NCBI GenBank assembly: GCA_964373695.1
Contig: CAYJVT010000002.1
Span: 1,020 to 65,019, forward strand
DNA length: 64,000 nt
Source of the DNA: an uncultured archaeon
Lineage (GTDB): Archaea > Aenigmatarchaeota > Aenigmatarchaeia > GW2011-AR5
Direction: 5' to 3'
Shown piece after piece: positions 38,160-46,933 of the stretch (positions within the stretch are counted from its first letter, which is position 1; the number at the start of each line of letters is the position of its first letter). The position numbers and the translations under genes were made by a program. A model generated the notes under the pieces. It was not told the origin of the DNA and did no database searches. It saw only the letters and a list, made by a program, of their open reading frames with translations.

Positions 38160-38657
38160 ATGATAAAGAAAATCAGAATACCGGATGAAAGGATACCGGT
38201 TCTCATAGGGAAGAATGGAAAAACTAAAGCCATGATACAGAGACTGACGCACACAAAAATCGACATTGGGGAAGAAGCGACAGTGGAAGGCGAGGCTGTG
38301 GATGTCATGACCGCAGAGAGCATCATAAAAGCCATCGGCAGAGGATTCTCACCGGAAGCTTCAGAAATCCTGTGCAGGGAAGACAGCACGCTGGAGATAA
38401 TCCAGCTCCCGAAAGAGAGAAAAGAATTAAATAGGATAAAATCAAGATTAATAGGAACCAAAGGGAAGTGTAGGAGGAACATAGAAAACCTTACCAAAAC
38501 CCGCATATCGGTCTTCGGAAAGACAGTTTCGGTCATAGGTCCGTACGATAACGTGAGGTTTGTGGTAGAGGCGCTTCAAAGACTTATAAAAGGCGACACA
38601 CACAGTTCCGTTTACAGGTTTCTGGAAGAGAACCAGGAAAAAATGAATTTTGAGTAA
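38160..38657 (+). CDS. KH-domain RNA-binding protein (Dim2/Pno1-like)
   Basis: Two KH units with IPVLIGKNGKTK and LIGTKGKCRRNIE GxxG loops. Start set at MIKKIRIPDER; the upstream in-frame part overlaps aIF1A. Confidence 0.7.
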   Translation: MIKKIRIPDERIPVLIGKNGKTKAMIQRLTHTKIDIGEEATVEGEAVDVMTAESIIKAIGRGFSPEASEILCREDSTLEIIQLPKERKELNRIKSRLIGTKGKCRRNIENLTKTRISVFGKTVSVIGPYDNVRFVVEALQRLIKGDTHSSVYRFLEENQEKMNFE

Positions 38658-41600
38658 GCCGGTGATGATCATGTCAAAGAAAACCGCGGAAGACTTCGCG
38701 AAGCAACAGAAGGAAATAAGCATATCAGAATTCTTTGAAAAGAACAAGCATCTTCTTGGCTTTGACAATCCGACAAAAGCCCTTCTCATGGCTGTGAAAG
38801 AAGCTGTCGACAATTCTCTTGATGCATGTGAAGAGGCCGAGATACTTCCTGACATAACCGTGAAAATAAAAAACCTGAAAGAAGATGTATACAAAGTATC
38901 GGTTCAGGACAACGGTCCGGGAATAGTGAAAGAACAGGTTCCGAGGATATTCGGCAAATTGCTCTATGGCTCTAAATTTCACCGATTGCGCCAGTCCAGA
39001 GGTCAGCAAGGAATTGGGATATGCACAACACCAGATACTTTAATACCTCTTGCAGACGGGCGCATAAAAAGGATAGAAGATATCGTAGAGTCGGAATTAG
39101 AAGAGGAAATATTTACACTCGCACCGGACATGAAACTAGTGCCAAACAAAATGAAAAAATTCTGGAAATTACCTGCGCCGGAAAAAATGATAAAAATAAA
39201 AATGCTCGGGGGCGGGAGCCTGACACTAACAAGAGAGAATCCTGTGCTAATAAAGACAGATTTCGGCTTAAACTGGAAACCCGCTGAGCTTGTAGCGCCA
39301 AGAGATTATATTGCTATGGCAAGAAATCTCTCTATAAATCATAATGAAAAAAAGATTCCACTTATCAGTTTGCTGGATGAAAATGTGCGTGTTGACAACT
39401 ACGAATTTCTTAGTGAAGTGCTGAGTATTTTGAAAAAAAGACATGGTACATGGTCTAAATTAGGAAATATATACGGCCTGCAAAAGGATCTTCTGAAGGG
39501 GTGGAAAAAGATGGGCATCAGAAGACGTCCAACACTAAAACAATATATTATGCTAGCTAAAGATGCAGGCTTCTCTGAAGATTATATAACAGAGAGCATA
39601 ATACGGGTTGGCAGGCTTGGGACTTATATAAAAATTTTTCGATATATGACCCCTGAACTAGCACGTCTCGCTGGCTTGGTGGCTGGCGATGGTAATATCC
39701 AGGCAAAGAGAAAAAACAGATGGGGTACAAACATATCTTTCTGGAATAATGATACAAAACTTATAGAAGAGTTCTGCAGCATAGTTTACAATTTTTTTGG
39801 TATAAGACCGAATGTTTATGCCCATACAAAAGGCCGCGGGACAGGGGCACAATTCTCGTCCTCAATAGTTGCTGATATTTTAGAAAAACTCGGTGTCCCA
39901 AGAGGTAGAAAAAGCGAGAAATTTGAAATCCCTGATTTGATACGACAAAACGGAGATCTGTCTGCTGCTTATCTTGGGGGGTTGTTTGATGCAGAAGGCT
40001 CTGTCAGCAGCGACAGAAAATGCATAACTCTTATGCTGAGTAACAAAAATGTAATCAATGTCATACGTCTTATGCTTCTTAGATTTGGCATAGTAAGCAG
40101 GATTAATAAAGCAGGAAAACATACAAGATTAATTATATCATCTGCGAAAAATGTAGAAAAATTCAAGAATATAATAGGCTTTACAATTAAGACAAATAAA
40201 GCAAAATTAGATTCATTAAAATTCTATAATGACAGAAAATGCAATCTTGAAGTCATACCGCATGTTAAGTATGCTGTTAAAAATTCTGTAAAAGAGATCG
40301 GTACCAGTTATTATGCTTTAAGAAGCCCAAATGAAATTTCTTCTATAAGAAGAGGCAGTGCAGTAAGCCATGAAACTCTTAATTCTTTATGTGAAGTGCT
40401 TGTTGAAAATTCCGGGGAAAGACTACCGCTTCCAGTACAAGAACTTGTAGGAATGGCGAATGCTGATGTAACATGGGCAAAGGTAATAGAAACAAAAGAA
40501 ATTGACTCTCCATGTGAATATGTTTATGACATAACTATGGGCATAGGTAATAATTTCGTAGCAAATGGGTTTGTAATACATAATTCAGCCGTTGTCCTGT
40601 ATTCGCAGCTTACCACAGGAAGCCCTACACGAGTTCTTTCAAAGACCGATGAAAAGAAAAAAACCCAGGCGTTTGAACTCATAATAGATACCAAAAAAAA
40701 CGAGCCTGAGATAGTAAAACATGAGGAAAAAGAAGACGGCATACAAGGCACCGGCATAAGGGTTGAGATGGATGTAGTCGGCAGGTACAGGAAGTCACAG
40801 GGAGTGGATGACTATCTTAAGCAGACTTCGATATCGAACCCGTTTGCAAAAATCTCATACAATGCGCCAGACGGGACGAAGATGCTATTTTCGAGGACTG
40901 TCAACGAGCTTCCCGTCCCGCCGAAGGAAATAAAGATACATCCATACGGCGTCGAGTTCGGCATTCTGCAGAGATTCCTCAACCAGACGAATTCGCGCAC
41001 TTTGCAGGCATTCCTCGTGAACGAATTTTCATCCGTTGGCCAGCAGACAGCGAAAGAAATGTGCAATATAGCAAAGCTTGACCCTAATATGAAACCCATT
41101 GACCTGTCAAGAGAGCATATCGAAAAGCTCCTTGGCGCGATGCAAAAAGCAAAGGTGCAGAGGCCGCCTCTCGACTGCCTTTCCCCCATAGGGGAGAAGG
41201 AGCTTGAAAAGAGCCTGAAAAAAGAATATCCGGATGCTGAATTCATAACAACCCTAACCAGGTCGCCTGAAGTCTACAGAGGCAACCCTTTCCAGATAGA
41301 AGTCGGCATAGTCTACGGCGGGCCTGATATAAAATCTGACGGGCCGATAGAAGTTATAAGGCTCGCGAACAGGGTGCCGCTGCTGTATCAGGCCGGTGCA
41401 TGCGCCACGATGGAAGCCATAAAGGAAGTCGACTGGAAGAGATACGGCCTCCAGCAGTCTGGCAATAATTTGCCGATAGGGCCGGTGATACTTGTCGTTC
41501 ACATGTGCTCCGCGTGGGTACCGTTCATATCCGAGAGCAAGGAGGCGATAGCATCCTATCCCGACATAATAAAAGAGATGAAACTCGCTGTACAGGATGC

Positions 41601-41811
41601 CGGCAGGAATCTCTCAAGGTACCTCTCCGGGAAAAGGCGAGCTGGCGATGCCAAGAGGAGAATACAGATATTTGAAAGGTACAGCGCCGAAGTTGCATCT
41701 GCGGTGTCTCTGCTTACAAAAAAATCCGAGAAAGACATAGAGAAAAAACTAAAAAACATGATAGCCCAGAGGACGCATATAAAAGATGAGGAAGAGAAGC
41801 AAGAAATATAG
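38650..41811 (+). CDS. top6B: DNA topoisomerase VI subunit B, interrupted by a 521-aa intein
   Basis: Bergerat-fold ATPase motifs EAVDNSLDA, DNGPGI and GKLLYGSKF...SRGQQGIG|C, then the C-extein with transducer domain. Extein total is about 532 aa. Confidence 0.9.
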   Translation: MSKPVMIMSKKTAEDFAKQQKEISISEFFEKNKHLLGFDNPTKALLMAVKEAVDNSLDACEEAEILPDITVKIKNLKEDVYKVSVQDNGPGIVKEQVPRIFGKLLYGSKFHRLRQSRGQQGIGICTTPDTLIPLADGRIKRIEDIVESELEEEIFTLAPDMKLVPNKMKKFWKLPAPEKMIKIKMLGGGSLTLTRENPVLIKTDFGLNWKPAELVAPRDYIAMARNLSINHNEKKIPLISLLDENVRVDNYEFLSEVLSILKKRHGTWSKLGNIYGLQKDLLKGWKKMGIRRRPTLKQYIMLAKDAGFSEDYITESIIRVGRLGTYIKIFRYMTPELARLAGLVAGDGNIQAKRKNRWGTNISFWNNDTKLIEEFCSIVYNFFGIRPNVYAHTKGRGTGAQFSSSIVADILEKLGVPRGRKSEKFEIPDLIRQNGDLSAAYLGGLFDAEGSVSSDRKCITLMLSNKNVINVIRLMLLRFGIVSRINKAGKHTRLIISSAKNVEKFKNIIGFTIKTNKAKLDSLKFYNDRKCNLEVIPHVKYAVKNSVKEIGTSYYALRSPNEISSIRRGSAVSHETLNSLCEVLVENSGERLPLPVQELVGMANADVTWAKVIETKEIDSPCEYVYDITMGIGNNFVANGFVIHNSAVVLYSQLTTGSPTRVLSKTDEKKKTQAFELIIDTKKNEPEIVKHEEKEDGIQGTGIRVEMDVVGRYRKSQGVDDYLKQTSISNPFAKISYNAPDGTKMLFSRTVNELPVPPKEIKIHPYGVEFGILQRFLNQTNSRTLQAFLVNEFSSVGQQTAKEMCNIAKLDPNMKPIDLSREHIEKLLGAMQKAKVQRPPLDCLSPIGEKELEKSLKKEYPDAEFITTLTRSPEVYRGNPFQIEVGIVYGGPDIKSDGPIEVIRLANRVPLLYQAGACATMEAIKEVDWKRYGLQQSGNNLPIGPVILVVHMCSAWVPFISESKEAIASYPDIIKEMKLAVQDAGRNLSRYLSGKRRAGDAKRRIQIFERYSAEVASAVSLLTKKSEKDIEKKLKNMIAQRTHIKDEEEKQEI
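39022..40584 (+). mobile_element. Intein with LAGLIDADG homing-endonuclease domain in top6B
   Basis: Begins with Cys directly after GIGI. LAGLVAGDGNI and LGGLFDAEGSV dodecapeptides. Ends VANGFVIHN with +1 Ser. About 30% GC against ~45% in the exteins. Confidence 0.85.
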
Positions 41812-41821
41812 GTAGTATATA

Positions 41822-44506
41822 ATGCCGCAAAAAAACGTGGGCGCGGAGCTGAAGAAACTCGGCGAATCCGTGCTAAACCATATAGAGAAAGGCGAGAACC
41901 CGAACATAGACATACCGCTAAGAACATTGTCCAACGTGATATTCGACAAAAAATTAGGGCAGCTTACCCTCGGCGGCAAGAGCGCCAAAAGGTACTTCTT
42001 CAATGTTGCCCACTCAAAAAAGTTCATGCAGACCCTTATGGTGGCAGGATTCTGCAATTCCCTTCTCGAAGAAGGCATACATACCAGCATAAGAGACATG
42101 TACTACAACCTCAAGCGGACGCTTCCGCAGAGCGATGAGAATACTTTCGATGAGCAGAGCGAGAGTATTTGCCCTGATGAGCCCCTGCTTGTCAAAATGG
42201 ACGGAGACCTCAGAATTTTGAGCGGAGAAGACCTCATGAGACATGCGGAAAAATCCGGGAAGGTAATATACGACAAAAACGGCAAGAAAAGAATCGTCGG
42301 GTTAGACCTCTATACCTATGCGTTTGATGAAAACCAGAAAATAAGAGAACAGAAGGTATCAATGGTCATAAAGCATCCCTCAAATAAAATCAAGAAAATA
42401 AAAACCTCCTCCGGAAGGGAAGTAAAAGTAACAAAGTCTCACAGCTTATTTACTCTTAAAGACGGGAAAGTAACTGAAATAAAAACAAATGAACTCAAAG
42501 AGGGCGACATGATAGCCCTTCCGAGAAAAATTTCTATAAAAGAAAACAACAAGCCAATAAATGTCATCGATAGCCTTCTTAGAAATGCTCCAGATGATGT
42601 TGTAAAGCTGTTCTATGTGAAGTCAGACAAAGACACAATAAATGAAGTAATAAAGAGGGTGGGAAAGGAGAGAATACGAATTTTTTCTTCGAATAATTAT
42701 AAAAATATATGGAGCGATGTAAAAGCTAACTGGAAGCATTGGAACACAGTCCCTATAGAGATTTTAAGGGACGTAGATTTGTCCGACATATTATCTAAAT
42801 TAAAAATCGGCGGCAGGGGATCTAGGCACTATTATAATGTACTGATAAACAAGGATTCCAGCTTGGGCTTTGTTCTTGGATTTCTCATTAGCGAGGGCTC
42901 TCATTCTATATTTGAGGGTAGGAATTCAAGATACGTATCCATAAGCAATAAATCAAAGATGCACCTGCAAAATTTCTGGGATGCATTCAAGCACTCGTTT
43001 GGAGAGACAACGGATGGTAATATCATATTGGGCAAAGATGATGTGTATAAGCTAAACATAGGGTATGATACACTTAGCTATATCCTTGAGTATGTTATAG
43101 GCTATAAACCTGTGAGGGCGTGGGAAAAAGAGGTTCCACATGTTATTCTCGATGCACCTCAAGATTGCATAAAGGAATTTCTGAGAAGCTTTAGGCTTGG
43201 AGATGGAAGCGTATTCGAAGGCAAAATGCTTGTAAATGGCTTGGTTTTTCTGCTGCTAAGGCATGGAATATTCCCCAGAATATATCACTATAAAATATCT
43301 GAAAAAAATCCGAACCATAAAGATGCATATGAAATCAGAATTGGCCCGAGGGAATATGTCAAAAATATGGCTCAGATAACACATGATTTCATGGGTATAG
43401 ACATAGAAAAAACAAGAGATTTCTCTTCAGACATGATACCAAACGTAGGGAGCCTTCTTCTAAAGACCAGAAAATCCTGTGACAGGCAAGGCATAGTTTA
43501 CAGAGAAAGAAATATAGGATGGAATTATATCGAGAACAAAAACAGCGTAAGCAGACTTCTTTTAAATAAAATGTCAAAGATATTGGATTCTTACGGCGCT
43601 TCGCAGCATTATTTAGATGAACTAAATGAACATGTAGAAAGCGACATATATTGGGATAGTATAATATCAATAGAAGACGACGAAATGCCGCCTTACACGC
43701 TGGATCTGGCTGTTCCGCCACATGAAAATTTCATAGGCGGGAACGGTCTTCTGATGCTTCACAATTCCGACCCGCTTATAGTCGATCTGGAAGTAGCACT
43801 GGACGTCTTAAGAGAGCAGCTGCACCTGACAACCGACAGGAAGGGAATAGTCGCAGGCAATGTCGTGATAGAGGACAGAGGCGACAGCATAGACTGGTCA
43901 AAGCTCGGGAGCGGCGGATGGTCGATACCGAGCACAGTTGACGAAATCAAACTCAAAAAGGTGGACGCAAAATTTGTTCTTGTTTGTGAAAAAAATGCCG
44001 GCTTCGAGCGCCTGCACGAGGACAAGTTCTGGCAGAAGCAGAAATGCATATTGGTCGGGACAGGAGGCCAGCCGTCAAGAGGCGCCAGACTTCTGATACA
44101 GAGATTGAATTCTGAATATGACCTGCCTGTTTATGTATTTTGCGATAACGACGCCTACGGCTTTTATATTTATTCAGTGATAAAATCCGGCTCGATAAGC
44201 CTTGCGCACGTTTCAGACAGAATATCGACACCGGAAGCTAAATTCATTGGGCTGACAACATCTGACATCTATGATTATAACCTCAAGAAATGCACGATAA
44301 AACTCAAGGAAGTTGACATAAAGCGCGCCAAGGAGCTGCTGGAATATGAATGGTTCAAGAAGAACCCCAAGTGGCAGAAAGAAATAAACCTCATGCTTGA
44401 AAAAGGCGTGAAAGCCGAGATAGAGGCGCTCTCTCACAGGGGTCTTAAATTCATGTCAGAGGAATACCTGCCGGACAAAATCAAGAAAGGCGATTTTCTC
44501 GATTAA
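41822..44506 (+). CDS. top6A: DNA topoisomerase VI subunit A (Spo11 homolog), interrupted by a 532-aa intein
   Basis: N-extein ...MYYNLKRT...FDEQSESI. C-extein carries Toprim (VLVCEKNAGFERL..., DNDAYGFYIY). Extein total is about 362 aa. Confidence 0.9.
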   Translation: MPQKNVGAELKKLGESVLNHIEKGENPNIDIPLRTLSNVIFDKKLGQLTLGGKSAKRYFFNVAHSKKFMQTLMVAGFCNSLLEEGIHTSIRDMYYNLKRTLPQSDENTFDEQSESICPDEPLLVKMDGDLRILSGEDLMRHAEKSGKVIYDKNGKKRIVGLDLYTYAFDENQKIREQKVSMVIKHPSNKIKKIKTSSGREVKVTKSHSLFTLKDGKVTEIKTNELKEGDMIALPRKISIKENNKPINVIDSLLRNAPDDVVKLFYVKSDKDTINEVIKRVGKERIRIFSSNNYKNIWSDVKANWKHWNTVPIEILRDVDLSDILSKLKIGGRGSRHYYNVLINKDSSLGFVLGFLISEGSHSIFEGRNSRYVSISNKSKMHLQNFWDAFKHSFGETTDGNIILGKDDVYKLNIGYDTLSYILEYVIGYKPVRAWEKEVPHVILDAPQDCIKEFLRSFRLGDGSVFEGKMLVNGLVFLLLRHGIFPRIYHYKISEKNPNHKDAYEIRIGPREYVKNMAQITHDFMGIDIEKTRDFSSDMIPNVGSLLLKTRKSCDRQGIVYRERNIGWNYIENKNSVSRLLLNKMSKILDSYGASQHYLDELNEHVESDIYWDSIISIEDDEMPPYTLDLAVPPHENFIGGNGLLMLHNSDPLIVDLEVALDVLREQLHLTTDRKGIVAGNVVIEDRGDSIDWSKLGSGGWSIPSTVDEIKLKKVDAKFVLVCEKNAGFERLHEDKFWQKQKCILVGTGGQPSRGARLLIQRLNSEYDLPVYVFCDNDAYGFYIYSVIKSGSISLAHVSDRISTPEAKFIGLTTSDIYDYNLKKCTIKLKEVDIKRAKELLEYEWFKKNPKWQKEINLMLEKGVKAEIEALSHRGLKFMSEEYLPDKIKKGDFLD
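42170..43765 (+). mobile_element. Intein with LAGLIDADG homing-endonuclease domain in top6A
   Basis: Starts CPDEPLLVKMDG. LAGLIDADG-like LGFLISEGS and FRLGDGSV. Ends GLLMLHN with +1 Ser. Exact N-terminal junction is ±1 residue uncertain. Confidence 0.8.
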
Positions 44507-44527
44507 TTTTATTCTTTTTAAATGTCT

Positions 44528-44565
44528 AAAATTCCACCATCTATCGTATAAATATGGTGGAATTT
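44528..44565 (+). terminator. Perfect 12-bp inverted repeat hairpin followed by T-run
   Basis: AAATTCCACCAT-ctatcgtataaat-ATGGTGGAATTTT immediately after the top6A stop. Confidence 0.5.
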
Positions 44566-44573
44566 TAACATGC

Positions 44574-44601
44574 AAATCCACTGTTTTCAAACAGTGGATT
44601 T
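44574..44601 (+). terminator. Second hairpin (AAATCCACTGTT-ttcaa-AACAGTGGATTTTT)
   Basis: Perfect inverted repeat followed by a T-run, between top6A and tRNA-Asn. Confidence 0.5.
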
Positions 44602-44632
44602 TTAAACATTCCATAAAATGTTATTCTACACT

Positions 44633-44789
44633 GCCTCGGTAGCTCAGTACAAATCCCTTCTTTGTAAAGAAGGTCTTGGTGAACCCCAAGAAACTATTAT
44701 ACAATGGATAGGGAGAAAGGTAAGCAGTCTCTACAAAGAGCATTTGGCTGTTAACCAAAGGGTCGACGGTTCGAGTCCGTCCCGAGGCG
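44633..44789 (+). tRNA. tRNA-Asn(GUU) with ~83-nt intron in the D-loop
   Basis: Acceptor GCCTCGG/CCGAGGC; D-stem GCTC...GAGC separated by ~92 nt; anticodon arm TTTGG-CTGTTAA-CCAAA; V-loop GGGTC; T-arm GACGG-TTCGAGT-CCGTC; discriminator G. Confidence 0.85.
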
Positions 44790-44879
44790 CTTTTTAATTA
44801 ATGAAAATAAGGGGAAAAGAGGTGAATAAAAGATTCAAAAACCGTTTTAATAAAAGAAATGAGTTTTCGTGTCTGGGTT

Positions 44880-45011
44880 GGGAAGGTAATCTTAATTGCT
44901 AATTAATTAAGACCTTAAGTTCAGCCTGGGAGAACACACAGAATATGTAAAGTATTCTGGTTCAAACGGCTGAAGACCGTGACGTCGAGGGTTCAAATCC
45001 CTCCCTTCCCA
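44880..45011 (+). tRNA. tRNA-Phe(GAA) with two ~30-nt introns (acceptor/D junction and anticodon-stem position ~27/28)
   Basis: Acceptor GGGAAGG/CCTTCCC; D-arm GTTC-AGCCTGGGA-GAAC; reconstructed anticodon arm CACGG-CTGAAGA-CCGTG; V-loop ACGTC; T-arm GAGGG-TTCAAAT-CCCTC. 132 nt − 74 nt mature = 58 nt, matching the two inserts. Confidence 0.8.
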
Positions 45012-45141
45012 TACAAGTCAAGCTTTTAAGCATCACGCCAATATTCAACACAGAAGAGGGTATAGAGGAACAGGGAACTGTTTCTCGTCCTGCTTCTTAA
45101 AAGACCCAAGAGCCCTTCTCTTGGACTGAAGAGGTGTTTTC

Positions 45142-45726
45142 ATGTCAAAAGAAGATAAAGAAGAGGCCGCTAGCGAGCTGCCGCCGGAGAAGGTAAAGAA
45201 CATACCCACGACCTTGGAAGAGAGCAAGGTCATATCCACCAAGGACTGGCAACAGGTATACGAGCCCGGATACTACGGAAAGCAGATAGGCGAGCGTCTT
45301 GAGCTTGCTCTGGTGGAAGCCGTGCTCCTGCTTAAAAGAGGCAGGATAGAGGTGTTCAGGGAAGGCAAGAGCATGAGCTTCAAGGAACTCTATGAACATG
45401 CCGCATCTCTTGACAAGAGGTTTGTTGAAAGATACCGCGTATATGAAGACCTGAGGGAAAGGGGGCTCTTGGTCAGGACAGGCTTCAAGTTTGGCTGCGA
45501 TTTCCGCGTGTACGAAAGGGGAGTGCAGCTGAAGAAAGGCCCGAAAAGCGCCAAGGAGCACACCAAATGGATAGTATTCTGCGTGCCGGAGGATTTCACG
45601 ATGTCTTTCCAAGAGCTTTCCAGGTCTGTAAGACTTGCCCATAATATAAGAGCAAGAATGCTCTGGGCAATTGTCGACAATGAAGGGGACTGCACATATT
45701 ACATCATCCAGAGAATGAAGCCCTAG
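45142..45726 (+). CDS. endA: tRNA-splicing endonuclease, catalytic subunit (EndA)
   Basis: C-terminal catalytic domain RTGFKFGCDFRVYE ... HTKWIVFCVPED (Tyr/His/Lys triad context). About 194 aa with an N-terminal domain. Confidence 0.85.
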   Translation: MSKEDKEEAASELPPEKVKNIPTTLEESKVISTKDWQQVYEPGYYGKQIGERLELALVEAVLLLKRGRIEVFREGKSMSFKELYEHAASLDKRFVERYRVYEDLRERGLLVRTGFKFGCDFRVYERGVQLKKGPKSAKEHTKWIVFCVPEDFTMSFQELSRSVRLAHNIRARMLWAIVDNEGDCTYYIIQRMKP

Positions 45727-45817
45727 ACCAAACGTATGGCCTGTTCTTCCCAATAAATCTACTGGATAATTTTCCTTTTTTAATTCTTGAAATACATATG
45801 ATAGGAAGGCATTCCGA

Positions 45818-46933
45818 ATGAAAGTAAGAGATATAATGGTAAAAGATGTAGTTTTTGCGGACTCTGAAGACTTCGTCAGCAGCGCACTGGCCAAGATGAA
45901 GTCCAAAAAGATAAGCCAGATAGTCGTCAACACGAAGGGTATGTTCGCCGGCATCATAGAGCTGAAGAACATCGTGACGAAGGATATAGACATATCAAAA
46001 ACTAAGGTCGGGACCTTGATGAAGAAGTCGGGCTTCGTCAAGCCCGATGACGATGTTCTGGATGCGGCGAAGTCTATCATTTCTAACGGCACAAGAGCCC
46101 TTCCGGTCATGGAAGGCGGAAGAGTTTCCGGCATAATCTCGGAGACAGACATAGTCGGCGTCGCTGATAAGTTCATGAATACAGAATCAGCGATAACCGG
46201 CATAGTTTCCAAATCGGTTTATGCGCGGAAGGACGACAACATTGGCAGAATAAGGCACCTGATGCTGAATGAAAACGTGTCTAGAGTGCCTATAGTCGAA
46301 GGCGGGAGGGTTGTCGGCGTTGTAGGAACCCTCGACCTTGTGAAGGCCGTCGAAGCTAAGAGGGGCTTCGAGGCCAGATCGAAGACGCGGGATACTGGAT
46401 TCAAGGAAAAGACACGGATAGAGGAGATAAAGGCGGCAACCATAATGTCGGAAGCCATGACCGTCAGAGGAGACGAGAAGATAAAAAACGTCATAAAGCT
46501 CCTTCAAAGAAACGAGCAGGTGATAATGGAGAACGGCAAAACGTGCATAATCACCCCGAAAGACATCATAGAACTTTTCCTTTCCGCGCCGACAAAGCGC
46601 GTTTACGTTCAGGTGACCGGGATGCAGGAAGAAGGTATGGAATTCCAGTCAGAGATGGACTCCATAACCACGAAATTCGTGCAGAAAGTCGGAAAAAGTT
46701 TCCGCGACATCCAGGGCTTGATCGTTCATGTCGAGACCTACCATAAACAGGGGCCAAAATCCAAATACTCCATACGAGCTAGATTAATAACCGAGAATGG
46801 TATATTCATTTCTCATTCTCTCGGATGGAATCCGATAGATGCAATACAAGAAGCGTTCAAAAAGCTTGAGAATGAGATAAGACACTATATGGGAAAGAAA
46901 ACCAGAAACTTCAAGAGCAAGACATCGCTATAA
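45818..46933 (+). CDS. CBS-domain protein with C-terminal alpha/beta domain
   Basis: Four CBS repeats (IMVKDVVFADSED..., ...ALPVMEGGRVSGIISETDIV, ...RVPIVEGGRVVGVVGTLDLV, ...). About 120-aa C-terminal domain of unknown family. Confidence 0.8.
   Translation: MKVRDIMVKDVVFADSEDFVSSALAKMKSKKISQIVVNTKGMFAGIIELKNIVTKDIDISKTKVGTLMKKSGFVKPDDDVLDAAKSIISNGTRALPVMEGGRVSGIISETDIVGVADKFMNTESAITGIVSKSVYARKDDNIGRIRHLMLNENVSRVPIVEGGRVVGVVGTLDLVKAVEAKRGFEARSKTRDTGFKEKTRIEEIKAATIMSEAMTVRGDEKIKNVIKLLQRNEQVIMENGKTCIITPKDIIELFLSAPTKRVYVQVTGMQEEGMEFQSEMDSITTKFVQKVGKSFRDIQGLIVHVETYHKQGPKSKYSIRARLITENGIFISHSLGWNPIDAIQEAFKKLENEIRHYMGKKTRNFKSKTSL

Noticed and set aside
45145-46212. 355-aa minus-strand ORF
   Set aside because: Antisense to endA and the CBS-domain gene. 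Low-complexity Ser/Phe/Leu-rich translation with no motifs; both sense genes have clear family signatures.
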